This document shows positions 1 through 10,841 of a stretch of DNA of 53,786 nt, in pieces (positions within the stretch are counted from its first letter, which is position 1; every line of letters begins with the position of its first letter). The notes beneath the pieces are model-generated. The model worked only from the letters and a program-made list of their open reading frames with translations. It had not been told where the DNA came from and searched no databases. Origin of the DNA: Hydrurus foetidus (taxonomy: Eukaryota); assembly GCA_900617105.1 (NCBI GenBank), contig UYFQ01000114.1, forward strand, positions 1-53,786, in the 5' to 3' direction. The position numbers and the translations under genes are program-made.

Positions 1-2228
1 ATTTCCAAAAGAAATGATGGCCTCAATAGTCCTTTAGGACTAATATACCAAATCTGTGAAGTATACCTCGACGACATCATCGTTTATGGTAATGGATTTG
101 ATCAATTCTGCGAGCGATTAGAAATCCTTTTTCAACGCCTAGAAAACAAAAACATTTCACTAAAAGCCGCAAAGCTAAAGCTAAAGCTAAATGTGCGAAT
201 AGTTGAATATGTCGGTAGACAAATATCTAAAGAAGGTATAACTATGAGTTCCAAAAAAATAAGAGGTGTGACCGACTTTCCTATGCCAAGAAAGACGACT
301 GAACTTAGATCGTTCCTCGGACTCACCAATTATTTTCGGGATCATGTACCAAATCACTCCAACGTGGTAGCACCACTGCACAAAATTATAGATCACGCCG
401 CGAAAAAGCAATCAATGCTAATCTGGACAGATGACGCCGCAAATTCTTTTCAAAAGATAAAAGATCTAATTGCAAAGAGTCCTTTATTATATTTCATACA
501 CGATACAGCGCCCATTACCCTCATGACCGATGCGTCAGATTACGGGATCGGCGGCTATTTGTATCAAGAAGTCGACGGAGAAAAACAACTCGTCGCTCTC
601 GTAAGCAAGTCTCTTACCAAGACTCAACTGAAATGGTCAGTAATACAAAAAGAAGCCTTCGCGCTATATTATTGCTGTACTTATCTCGACGCACTGCTAC
701 GAGACCGTAAATTCACAATCCTAACAGACCACAAAAATCTTACGTTCCTAGAAAAGGATAAAAACGAGATGGTCGGCAGATGGCGTATGGCCCTGCAGGA
801 ACTAGAATATACGATAGGGTACATCCCGGGAAAACAAAATGAAATTGCTGACGCAATGTCTCGCCTATGTTAAAACAGAATGCCACCTAAAACAGGAATA
901 ATAGCAGCAATTCTGACACACAAACCAATAACGACAGAGCAATATAACCTAATTGCAACGTGCCACAACACAATAGTCGGACATGGTGGTGTACAACGCA
1001 CACTGCGTAATTTAAAGAAAACAAATAACATATGGCTGGGAATGCGTGACGCAGTAAAACAATCATTAAAAATTGTCCTTGTTGCCAAAAGATGTCGGCA
1101 ATGAAATATCCCATCAACGCATACCGGTACACAACCTCAACCTACAAACCAATGGAATGCCTTAACATAGACTTCATTGGTCCATTTCCCGATAAAGGAT
1201 ATATCCTTGTTATGATCGACACCTTCTCGAGGTTTGTCGAACTCTACGCAACACCTGATGCAACAGCCAAATCAGCGTGCACAGCACTTGTAGAACACGT
1301 GGGACGCTACGGCTCACCATGTATACTTCGATCAGATAATGGACCCCACTTCGCAAGCCACATCATAGATGAGTTTGTGAAGATTGTTGGAACAACACAC
1401 AACAAAATATTACCATACTGTTCAGAAGAAAACGCTATCGTCGAGCGAATCAACAAAGAAATCAATCGCCATATAACCGCGTACGCATACGAACGCGCAA
1501 CTACGGAAAACTACGCGGAAATATTACCGTTTGTACAAAGAATACTAAATTCAACCGTAAATGACCGGATGAAAGTGTCTCCAGCACAACTCATCTATGG
1601 CAACGCGATCGACCTCGACGCAAACATCCTCCTTCCGAGAGATGAAATTGATTTAGATTTCGACTCACTCACACGGTCAACTGATAAAATGTTAACGTTG
1701 CAAGATGAACTCATCGAAATCACCGCACGTCTACTCAAAGAATCCGACGACTTGCACAATGCACAACAACCTCCCAACGTCACACAGTTCGGAGTCGACA
1801 CATTTGTACTTGTCCAACAAAGAACATCACCAGAAACGCGCATGCACACACTGTGGCGCGGCCCAATGCGAGTTGTCAGCCATAACTTCGCAGAGTATAC
1901 ATTACTCGATCTGGTAACACACAAAGAAAAGTTGTACCACATGACCCAACTAAAACCGTTTCACTTTGATCCTACGCATGTCGATCCAACTGACATTGCT
2001 CGTAGAGATTATCTAGAATTCTTCATAGAGGAAATCCTAGAAATGAAAGGAAACATAAGAGCATACAAATCACTCACATTTCATGTGAAATGGCTCAACT
2101 ACACCCATGAACACAATACATGGGAACCGTGGACACACATGCGTAAAGCGCAAAAAGTACATGAGTTCTTAATCAAAAAGAACCTCAAACACTTAATACC
2201 ACGCGAATTCATCGCAAACTACCGTTAA
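1..2228 (+). pseudogene. Gypsy pol (RT-RNaseH-integrase-chromodomain), disrupted
   Basis: ORFs 193-873, 880-1104 and 1092-2228; in-frame TAA at 871-873 and a frameshift near 1060 relative to the second copy at 48805-49254. Confidence 0.9.
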
Positions 2229-2433
2229 CCGGTAAAAATAAATAAAAATTGATTAACTAAATCATAAAGATTCCTCCTAAATTGGATCCTCAGGGATTTT
2301 AAGGAGGTTTATTCAGTAAGGAACTTTCAGTTCTTAGTCTGAAATAGTTATTCAATAAGTTAGTTACTTACTCATAGTTAGTATTTTGATGATGAATTTT
2401 GTCATTAGTACACCCCTTTAGAGAGAGGGGCAC

Positions 2434-2650
2434 TGTGACCCGCACACCCGTACGGGCTGTACGGGTACAGGCGTACGTTCGGACCGGATCGAGGACGATC
2501 CGATCCACCCGATTCATTGCCATGATACCTGCTGTGTTTACCTGTAAGCTAACCACATTGTTTTCATAGCAATAGCTCTCCCAGCTTCCTTTCCCTTGCT
2601 CCCGCTCCCAGCTGACCCGCTCCCAGTGCCCAGATCCTGGCAAGGCCACA
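2434..2650 (+). repeat. 3' LTR of Gypsy family A (217 bp)
   Basis: TGTGACC...GGCCACA termini, preceded by a polypurine tract; same-length near-identical inverted copy at 47689-47905. Confidence 0.93.
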
Positions 2651-2938
2651 GCACTTTCAATTTCTTCGTTGTCCTATGTATGTGTACATTGAGTTATAGT
2701 TATTGTGTAATTTGTACGGCCAAATTTCGCGTACATTCAACTATAGGTGCTGTTCGTTATCCGTATAGATTGGACGCGTCCCGGGACGCATCTAATTTAT
2801 ACGGTTGTCTCACTTCTCCGTATCCACGTCTCAACAATAACAATGCACAATGCAGTCTACGAGCCACTCGACACGCGAACCAGCTTCAACCACCTACAGC
2901 TTGTCGTAGAGAGTGGCCTGTCAACCTTTCAAGAGTTA

Positions 2939-3342
2939 TGTAACCACTCTAGACGAGGAAACTTTGTGATTCCCGAAAGGAACATATTTCACGGACAATG
3001 AAATGCCTCGTGGAGGAACAACAGAGATACGTGCTCTGACCCTCCACGTTGGTGAATCATTACATGTGAATAGAAGCCGATCGGGAATCAGCCATCAGTC
3101 CATGAGCAGACTTTACCTGCGATTACATAGAGGGTATCCGACGGCCTCAACTAAAACGAGAAGTATGCAGTGAAACAGATAGTATACAACAATAGAATAC
3201 GCTTAAGCGACAAGCGAGAATAACCACTAACCAACCGTGACACTTTTATACAGGGACGAAAGTTACATTCGGCAGCAACCTGTTGACGGATGACATCACC
3301 GAAGTTCCTCACTCATAGGTTATTTTACAGTAATTAGTTACA
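2939..3342 (-). repeat. Possible solo LTR (404 bp)
   Basis: TGTAAC...GTTACA terminal inverted repeat; TATAAAAG on the minus strand near 3243-3250; no matching TSD and no second copy in the window. Confidence 0.5.
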
Positions 3343-3399
3343 TAGGTTAGAGGTACATATTATTCTACAGTGAATAAATCGCGCAATCTCGTATACTCA

Positions 3400-3900
3400 T
3401 CAGTAACTTACTTTCTATCTGCGCCAACAATTGTAATATGTTCAGGACGAAGTGCATGCACAATAAATAAGCTGGAGAAATTTCTAGCGCGACTACCGGC
3501 AGACATAGTCAATGCCACGAGTAAACGGTGGACGTTCGCTTATGTTTGTATATAATGTAACACAGTTTCCGTGCACAGTAGAACCTTTCATTTTGTGAGA
3601 AGTTGTAGCAGATGCAGCACGCAATGGTAGCTGCCACCTGTGAGAATCATTCTTGTACTTGATGCAATCGTCCTACATTTCGCCTAATGGTATGACTTTA
3701 GGCATGGTAGTACATATAGAAAAACAAATGTTATCATCCATATTAACTTGTGCAATAGGAATTTCTTTCGGGAAACCGTTAGAATTTAAAATGTCTATAC
3801 AATATTCATAGCTAGCACGACTCTCACATACAAACCGAACGATTGTACCTTTTGCTCCAGTATATATACTTGAACAATACATATGTGCATTACGTAAAAT
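3400..3900 (-). pseudogene. Degenerate PIF1-family helicase C-terminus (Helitron-like)
   Basis: Minus-strand translation RWQLPLRAASATTSHKMKGST...PFTRGIDYV resembles PIF1 motifs V/VI (RxQxPLxxAxAxTxHKxQGxT...GxxYVAxSR); upstream YTGAKGTIV; stops and frameshifts present. Confidence 0.75.
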
Positions 3901-4574
3901 TAACGTTCATATTATTGAATAATAAATTGAATGTACCTATTTGAGTTCCCAAATTTCTTGTGCAACTGACTCTAGTACCGATTGCGACATCAATAAGACG
4001 CGGTAGACCATTGGGATTAGATATTTTACATTAAAAAAAATTATTTTGCGATTCTTCTTCTGTGCATTTTTCAGCAGCAATTGCCGATAACACGCACGAC
4101 AAATACTATCAACATAACGAATAAGTCCGTCCTTAAAATACGTATTGAGCTCTGAATTAAATGTGTTATCAAATCTGGTTCTAGCACGATCAAGTCTAAC
4201 CATATCATTAAGCTTAGCTGCGATCCCGGACATTTCAAGCAAGTCGACAACGTCCAATGATTCATCAAACAACGAGGCAAATTCCGACGAGACCGACCAG
4301 ACTCACTGTAGTACTTAAAGGGTAAAAGAAGCAGCAAGAAGACGTTTAGTCGCATGCATAGCCCGGCTACGAAAGTCGACGTTAGTAATGACTGCCTGCG
4401 GTTCATTACGTGACTGCTGAATAGATCCCCGTCGACTTTCGATAATAGATTGATAACGAACTTTTAGTCACTTCACAACAACACCTTCATTTAGTACCGC
4501 AACGCCGACATTGATATTAGCAACAGATTTATTGACGTTAGCAATTGATTCATGATCATGGAGACTTGCCAGAT

Positions 4575-5005
4575 GTAGCGAATTGTTGCCGGTTTATAAT
4601 AGATAGAAGTCATTGACACGTATGTGACCTGGCAAAGAGGTTGCAAATGTTGTCATCCATTTCATCCAACGACTGTCGATGTGAGGTTGAAAGACATAAA
4701 TATCCACAGGATATATATGGACAAGACATGTCAGCTCAATGACACCTCCCCATGACGTCGACTTAGACATTAAGGTTACGTATCGTTCAATTGTATAGTG
4801 CTCCATAAGTATGCACTCATCAACTAGATATAAAGATCTAGGTCCGAGGTAAAGCATCGTACTCCAATGAGTGAGTATGAATTAATTAATCTCAGAACGC
4901 TACAGAAGCGGAGTATAAGAAGAGGTCTGATACATCCGATTGAAAAAGAAGCAAAACGAATGATACAAACAACTATGATCACCAGGCTGCCGTATCACAA
5001 TCCCA
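4575..5005 (-). pseudogene. Degenerate OTU cysteine-protease domain
   Basis: QPGDHSCLYHS (catalytic D-x-x-C) in ORF 4900-5223 and MSKSTSWGGVIEL...VDIYVF in ORF 4594-4857; split across frames. Confidence 0.75.
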
Positions 5006-5542
5006 TCAACGAAATCAGAGACAGCAGTAGGTTCCATATCAGCAAAGTCAATGTAAGTCCGAGAAGATGAGCGACAAGATGTCGTGACTACAGCAGTATA
5101 TGTACGACCCGAACTGACATCGACGCACAATCGAAACAACATGAAACATGAAAATTGAATATCCGAAAAAAAACGAAAAAACCTGAATCGGGTCTCAAAA
5201 CGCAGGAGACGATGTCCACACACGCTTCAAAAAACAAGTAGGATTTGGATTTCGCTACATAAAGGTGGAACCACCATTCGGTTAATCCCCCAATTTCCCC
5301 TTGCCGGAACCTTGAACTCCTGGTTCCTCTCAGCGATGAAGTCTTTTTCGATGAATCTTCTGTTGCAGAATCATCTCGTATCTCCCTTGTATCGATGCTT
5401 CCATAGAGTTGAAATCGGATACCGTTTTCGCCGTTGTTATTTTATCGATGTTAGACTCACATACACAATTTGGTTGGTCCGTATCAAACAATGTGAATAC
5501 TCAGCACATCTCTTCCACTAGGCTCCCCCCAAATGATGTTAC

Positions 5543-6805
5543 TTACATCGAGACTAGTTGCTCCTCTTGAATCAGGAGGCAGCATTCTCCTGATTTTTCA
5601 ATACCATGTAATTGCTCCCCTGATTCTGAGACTGATAAAGCTAATGCTCCTCTGCTGTGCATACGCCTTACGTAGTGATTATCAGGAACTTCAGAACTCT
5701 TTACCCATCGTCCTCTTGCCTTCATCTCGTCTGCCCCCATCCCATTTGCAGTAACGTGTGTGCCGAAACCGGATCTCAAAGATTTAGTAGAGAAATTCTT
5801 TGCTGGTAGTCCTGCTCCGCAAACCGCTAGTTTGATAGCTGTTCGTACGTCCTTCCTTATCACCACTTTTCTCGAGCCTGTTGTGCTGTAGCGTGTTAAG
5901 AGTTCATCCGCTTCTTGCACCTGCGAATGTACAAACCATAATAACAAATCGTCAAGTACCATACTCTCCACATCTGTGCGCCTTGATACTGTTTTTTGAT
6001 TGTCGACTAACGATTTGACTTTACGCGACGTCTTGGACGTCACGTATGACATATCAACCGAACTGACCATGCTTAGATCGACATCCAATCTTTGCAAAAA
6101 TGTCGTCATGGCAGGACCTCCCTTTAGCCTTCCTTCTTCGTTTGATTTCGGATCCGTCACGGAGAATATTAGCTGGCCCGCCCGAATGCAATGATCCGCT
6201 CCTTTCGGTCCATCTCTCTTCGTCAGATTACCTATTCGGAGACCCGAATCGAAGCCAAGACAGATTGCGAGCCAAATTCCTCTTTTGTCGATTCCTTTCA
6301 TGCTCCAATCTTGCTGCATCCAATACTCTTCTCGAACTCCCAGTACGATGTCCAGGCAAATTGGAAGTATTACATTACTTCTTCTATTCTCTTCGTGGAC
6401 GCGAGATTCTTCACTGGAGCGCGTTGTCGCAGCCCGTCCTCGGGAAACTACGGCGAGATTGAAAAAACTCGTGTCTTTTCCTTCCACTTCAAACATGTAA
6501 GCTACGCTTGTTATCGCTCTCTTAATCTGCTCGTCCCGTAATCCTTCGCTCATGTACAGATAGGCCATGAAGAGCACCACTCTCTGAGCCTTTGTTTGCT
6601 GGCATGTCAGTCTCTCCAAGTAATGCCCTGGATTATACTCACTGTCCAATGTATTCAGGTATTCTTTCCATTTATTTATGCCGACTTGATAGCCTTGTGC
6701 TGTACCTTCTGTTACGCTGCGGCGTAAGAAACTCGACAGTATCGTATTCTCTTCTTCGTTGGTGCAGTTACCTACTTCCAGAAAATCCTGCGTTTCGCGT
6801 GCCAC
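5543..6805 (-). CDS. Tyrosine recombinase of YR retrotransposon
   Basis: GFDSGLRIG (R), TSKT (K), KSLRSG (xxxR), GRW and NHY (Y) catalytic motifs; probable frameshift in the last ~20 codons (EIRRMLP in the paralog). Confidence 0.9.
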   Translation of the reverse strand: MARETQDFLEVGNCTNEEENTILSSFLRRSVTEGTAQGYQVGINKWKEYLNTLDSEYNPGHYLERLTCQQTKAQRVVLFMAYLYMSEGLRDEQIKRAITSVAYMFEVEGKDTSFFNLAVVSRGRAATTRSSEESRVHEENRRSNVILPICLDIVLGVREEYWMQQDWSMKGIDKRGIWLAICLGFDSGLRIGNLTKRDGPKGADHCIRAGQLIFSVTDPKSNEEGRLKGGPAMTTFLQRLDVDLSMVSSVDMSYVTSKTSRKVKSLVDNQKTVSRRTDVESMVLDDLLLWFVHSQVQEADELLTRYSTTGSRKVVIRKDVRTAIKLAVCGAGLPAKNFSTKSLRSGFGTHVTANGMGADEMKARGRWVKSSEVPDNHYVRRMHSRGALALSVSESGEQLHGIEKSGECCLLIQEEQLVSM

Positions 6806-6832
6806 CTATCAGTGATAATTTGTATGATGAAG

Positions 6833-9088
6833 TTAATTATTAGTTCCAATGATTCGACGCATGTCGAACCAGAAATCATTGAATCCCTTCTCAGTTGTTG
6901 TCACTCTTGCTGGATCACACAATTCAACTAACTCATCCCCATTCAATTCAACAATTTTTGGCATTCTTAGAGCACTATCTCTTTTAAAGAGTCCTTCCAT
7001 TGTTCCTCCTCTAGACAAGTAATCAGCACGCCAATTATTTTCCGCTGCTAAGTGTACTATTTCGTTGACAGCTACTTTTCTGTATACATTCTGAAGCACG
7101 AAAACAGCTGCTGCATTGCAGACTAATTCTCCTTTAAACCGTCCCGTCGATGCCCATGTCAGGGCTGTCATGCTATCCCCTCTCAGACACACACTTTCCG
7201 GCTGTTGTCTTAATTGACTTAAACCTCTTATTCCTAATACTGCGGCGATGAACTCCGCTGTATTCTGAAATGAAGCTTCCGACTCGAACTTCAAAGTTGA
7301 GATATCTATGGCTCCTCCTGCGATGAGGACTTCGCCAGTATCTGACCGTTCGTAGTATAATAGACCTATTCCTGTCAAGGAAGCGTCGAATTCAATAACG
7401 ATGCTCGACCTCGATTGTCTGAAAGATTTGAGCGGTCTTGCGAACTCGATGCTATTGACAGCTATAAGTCCAAGTAGCACTCGAAAGAATCGGATCACTT
7501 GACACGCTTTCACTGACAGCAGAAAGGAAGTATGTTCATTCCTCCCTGCGTACTCTGCATACAACACGCTCACAAATGGCTTCATGTATATGCAAATCTT
7601 GCCATACCTAGACGCCCATGAAGCCAATTTTTGCATCGTTTTGACTTTCATCGGCGCTTGCAAGTCAACGCTCAGGAACCCGTATAGAGTCCGCTTAATG
7701 TTCCGCTCTGAGATAGTGATTAGACGTTTGTCTAAGTCAATATCATAGCCTATGAACGTCAAACGCCGACCTGATTTTGATTTTGTTTCTTCTACCGAGT
7801 TTGGACCCATGAGATCACTGCATACCCTATCAGTAGCAGTCATATCTTTCAGCGCGGCACTCTTTTCTGTCACCACCAGTACATCATCGCTGTACATCAA
7901 TGCCAGCCCTTGTAAGGCATATTTCAGCTCGTGCACGATTGCACGATTAACGACCTGAAACGCAGCGGGTGTTCCGGTCCATCCAAATATGCCGCATATG
8001 AAGATGATTACCTTTTCATCTGTCATTTCCATAGCGAGATGCTGTACATCCTCCGCATCGAAGAACAATAAGGTGAAAGCACCCTTGAGATCTTTTGTGA
8101 AAATCTCAATATCATCCCAATCAAAGTTGGCATTGGCCTTCACAGCACCTTCATAGTAATCCATGATCATGTTGGCTACATCATCAATAGAGGGATGGCG
8201 TATATTTCCCCACAACAGATCCGACTGCTCCTTTGTTTCTAGAGAGTTCAGTGGTTCGTTGCCTAACTCGGATCCTCCATCAGAACAATCCCCAATTGGA
8301 CGTCCTTGTCTCTTGCCTTGCTTTTCTGTCCAATGCAACGGTGAGAAATGAATATCCGGTATCGTCAACGCAGTTGATTTCTTCAGAATGAATGCCAATC
8401 CCAACTCGTGAAAGTTTTCAACTAATAAGCGATTCACAGCTGATTTCACTGACGTGTAAGTTTTTCTTAGCGGCGGCAAAATTCCCTGTCCATTTGCTTT
8501 GAATCCCTCTCGCTGTAGGAGTGGCATACCTTTCTCTGCGAGCAGAAGTAGTTTGTTTCTCTCTGGATTATCGGCACGTGTATGCAATAGTACGCGACTT
8601 ACGTTAAGTCTGTTACCGATTAATTTTTTCTGTCGTCTTGCAGCCATGACATTGATATCGCGCATACTTGCTTTGAATAATGCTTCGTCACTTTGTACCA
8701 AGGCATCAGGTACCTCGTAGCTGTTACCCCACTCCTCCGCATCCTTTGCGGTGTAAACGTTGTCGGCAAGCTTGTAGCCTTCGATGGCTATCTCAACCAG
8801 CTTGTTAACACGATTACTCGTTACTTGTTCGGGGAACATAACTGATAGTTTCGCGATAGTATCTTCTATTGCTCTTCCGTAGAGAGTGTTGTTGTTGTTA
8901 TTCATACTTTTGATTGTTGTTATTTTTGAATCGACGTATACCCTGTTAGCAGGCGTATTGTTTATTGTCGATTTCGAGCGCTCGTTGATGTTGTGGGCCA
9001 CCACCTTGTGCGGTGTCTTCCTGCCTTCTTCCCTCAGTTTGTTTGCTTTTTGCAAACACTTGTTCATTTGTTCAGATGCAATATACAC
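6833..9088 (-). CDS. Reverse transcriptase-RNase H (DIRS/Ngaro-type pol)
   Basis: KDLKGAF, FGWTGTPAAF and YSDD RT motifs; RNase H FDAS...NTAE...GDS...ADYLSR. Confidence 0.93.
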   Translation of the reverse strand: MYIASEQMNKCLQKANKLREEGRKTPHKVVAHNINERSKSTINNTPANRVYVDSKITTIKSMNNNNNTLYGRAIEDTIAKLSVMFPEQVTSNRVNKLVEIAIEGYKLADNVYTAKDAEEWGNSYEVPDALVQSDEALFKASMRDINVMAARRQKKLIGNRLNVSRVLLHTRADNPERNKLLLLAEKGMPLLQREGFKANGQGILPPLRKTYTSVKSAVNRLLVENFHELGLAFILKKSTALTIPDIHFSPLHWTEKQGKRQGRPIGDCSDGGSELGNEPLNSLETKEQSDLLWGNIRHPSIDDVANMIMDYYEGAVKANANFDWDDIEIFTKDLKGAFTLLFFDAEDVQHLAMEMTDEKVIIFICGIFGWTGTPAAFQVVNRAIVHELKYALQGLALMYSDDVLVVTEKSAALKDMTATDRVCSDLMGPNSVEETKSKSGRRLTFIGYDIDLDKRLITISERNIKRTLYGFLSVDLQAPMKVKTMQKLASWASRYGKICIYMKPFVSVLYAEYAGRNEHTSFLLSVKACQVIRFFRVLLGLIAVNSIEFARPLKSFRQSRSSIVIEFDASLTGIGLLYYERSDTGEVLIAGGAIDISTLKFESEASFQNTAEFIAAVLGIRGLSQLRQQPESVCLRGDSMTALTWASTGRFKGELVCNAAAVFVLQNVYRKVAVNEIVHLAAENNWRADYLSRGGTMEGLFKRDSALRMPKIVELNGDELVELCDPARVTTTEKGFNDFWFDMRRIIGTNN

Positions 9089-9424
9089 TGTTAGCAGATG
9101 TATCCTTCTTTGTCGATGCGAGTCTCACTCTTTTCTTGCTAGCCACATTACGTGAACTATTATCATCCCCTAGCAGATCTCTGTTAGCAGAGTAGCTAGC
9201 TTTCGACGTAGTGATCTGTGTCACACTGTCTTGCTTTAAAGTCTTATTCTTAGCCCCGCTCGTTATCTTTTGTTTCGAGTAGTGTACTCCGTTAGCGGAG
9301 TACGGGCTAATTTTGATGTTGACTGCCCATGATTGACCGTGTCTCCTATTCCGACTGTTGAGAATTTTTTTGTAGGGATTGCCCTGTCAGGCGATGCAAA
9401 CCGCAGTCTCACATCGCCTACCCA

Positions 9425-10815
9425 TTATTTCGATATACTGGGATCGTTCTTTAGCTCATGCACCATGGCGTCAACGTTCTTGATGTATTGTGTTTTAAGT
9501 TTTCCAAGTGAGTCTGCCCTTGCGAGAAGTTCTCCACGACTACATTGAATCAACGATCGATGTGGCCATTCGCATTGCCTTGCGACACGTTATCACTTGA
9601 TCCTTCGCATTTCGAACTCTTAGTTGTTCCGCTGCGTTCCAAATACATGGTAGCTTTTTTGTTCCTTTGTCCTGTATTACTGGATTCGTAATCTTCTCAA
9701 TCACTTTTTTGAAGATTACTTTCTTAAATGTTCCTTCCTGCGCATAAAATTTTGAATGTGGATGTGTCTCCCATTTCTTTGCACCTAGCAATCCTTGAGC
9801 TTTTTGCATCTCTTCGTATAGATATCGTTTTAATAATGCTGCGCACAAGGATGGTGTGGTCATCAACATTTCCGGATAATTCATCGACTCTTTCTCTTTA
9901 TAGACGTCGTGGAAAAACATCGATATCGCCATTTCGAGTTTTATTTGGATGTAGTGGTCGTTAAAGTCCTGCAATACGTCGTCGTCTCGTTGAGTATCTT
10001 GAGGACATCCTCACAGCATGCGTCGTAGCAGTTCCCAAAATACACCACCAACACTTTTGAAGGTTTATGAATGCGTCTTCGAATGCCTTTCTGCCGTATA
10101 TCGTGGCTGATCTTCCCCACTGAAAATTGTCCCCTCTTGTGTTCACAAAATCTTTCAGTGAGATTTGTGTTCGATCGTAAAATGGATAGTCCCCCAGCAA
10201 GAATTTCTCTAATGTTTCAACGTTATCTTGGACGGGTAGACCATATAACTTCGGTAATCTTAGGAATGATTTGAAAAGTGCCTCTCTTGGTAAATCCTCA
10301 GATATTTCGCTGTACTTCTGACACATACCCATGAATGTTTCCCTGTTGTAATTCAAATCTGTCACTAATCTATCGAACCTCGCTCCCATGAGTCTAATAA
10401 GTCCACCAACTTCTAACATTCTTTTCATCCCGTCTGCTTTTCCCGAACACAGTCTTGATATGTCATCAAGATCAAGTATTCCGAACAATTGTATGCTTTT
10501 ACTAACACTTGTTTTAGCTACTGTCTCACCTTCTGTATACGACTCCTCGGTAGTATGTAAAGTGGCCATAAGCTTACTTTGAACTTCTTTTAATTTTCCT
10601 TTTGACGTTAAGACGTATTCTGGGATTACTATTTCAGCTGTCCAACCAGTCTCAAACAGTAAAACTTCTTCCACTGGCAACATCGTGCAAACAATTTTGA
10701 CATTTGCCGTGGCGTCAAAGTTCACAGCTTCCACCAAGCAATAGTACCAATTCGATGTTTCAGCCCAAAGCTCATCAGTTGCTTCCTCGACATTGGGAAC
10801 GACAACTGGAATCAA
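9425..10815 (-). pseudogene. gag-like ORF1 of YR element B (frameshifted, 5' truncated)
   Basis: ORFs 9961-10815 and 9540-9974 align with ORF1 of element E (CSGKxxGxKRMxxVGGxIRLxG; YPxYDRT); C-terminal CCCH-like finger recovered across a frameshift; TAA at 9425-9427. Confidence 0.8.
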
Positions 10816-10841
10816 TATTGTGATTCCTTTCTTGACATCTG

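Larger units (their letters stand above)
1..2650 (+). mobile_element. Ty3/Gypsy chromovirus-type LTR retrotransposon, family A copy 1 (3' part; 5' part outside window)
   Basis: RT YLDD near 64, RNase H (TDASDYGIG...DAMSR), integrase HHCC + DDE, GPY/F-like GPM motif and chromodomain (VKWLNY...NTWEP); purine tract AGAGAGAGGGG just before a TG...CA LTR. Confidence 0.95.
5230..10840 (-). mobile_element. Tyrosine-recombinase retrotransposon (Ngaro/DIRS-like), element B; termini truncated, boundaries approximate
   Basis: Order gag-like, RT/RNaseH, YR with no methyltransferase seen; all three ORFs homologous to the element at 34480-46876. Confidence 0.9.

Noticed and set aside
871..873. In-frame stops in Gypsy pol, piggyBac and YR gag as evidence of an alternative genetic code
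   Set aside because: Host genes end at ordinary TAG/TAA stops with long stop-free exons, and the same TEs also carry frameshifts, so decay or sequencing error is the simpler explanation.
1595..1942. Antisense ORF shared by both Gypsy A copies
   Set aside because: Conservation follows from near-identity of the copies; it is a shadow of the integrase.
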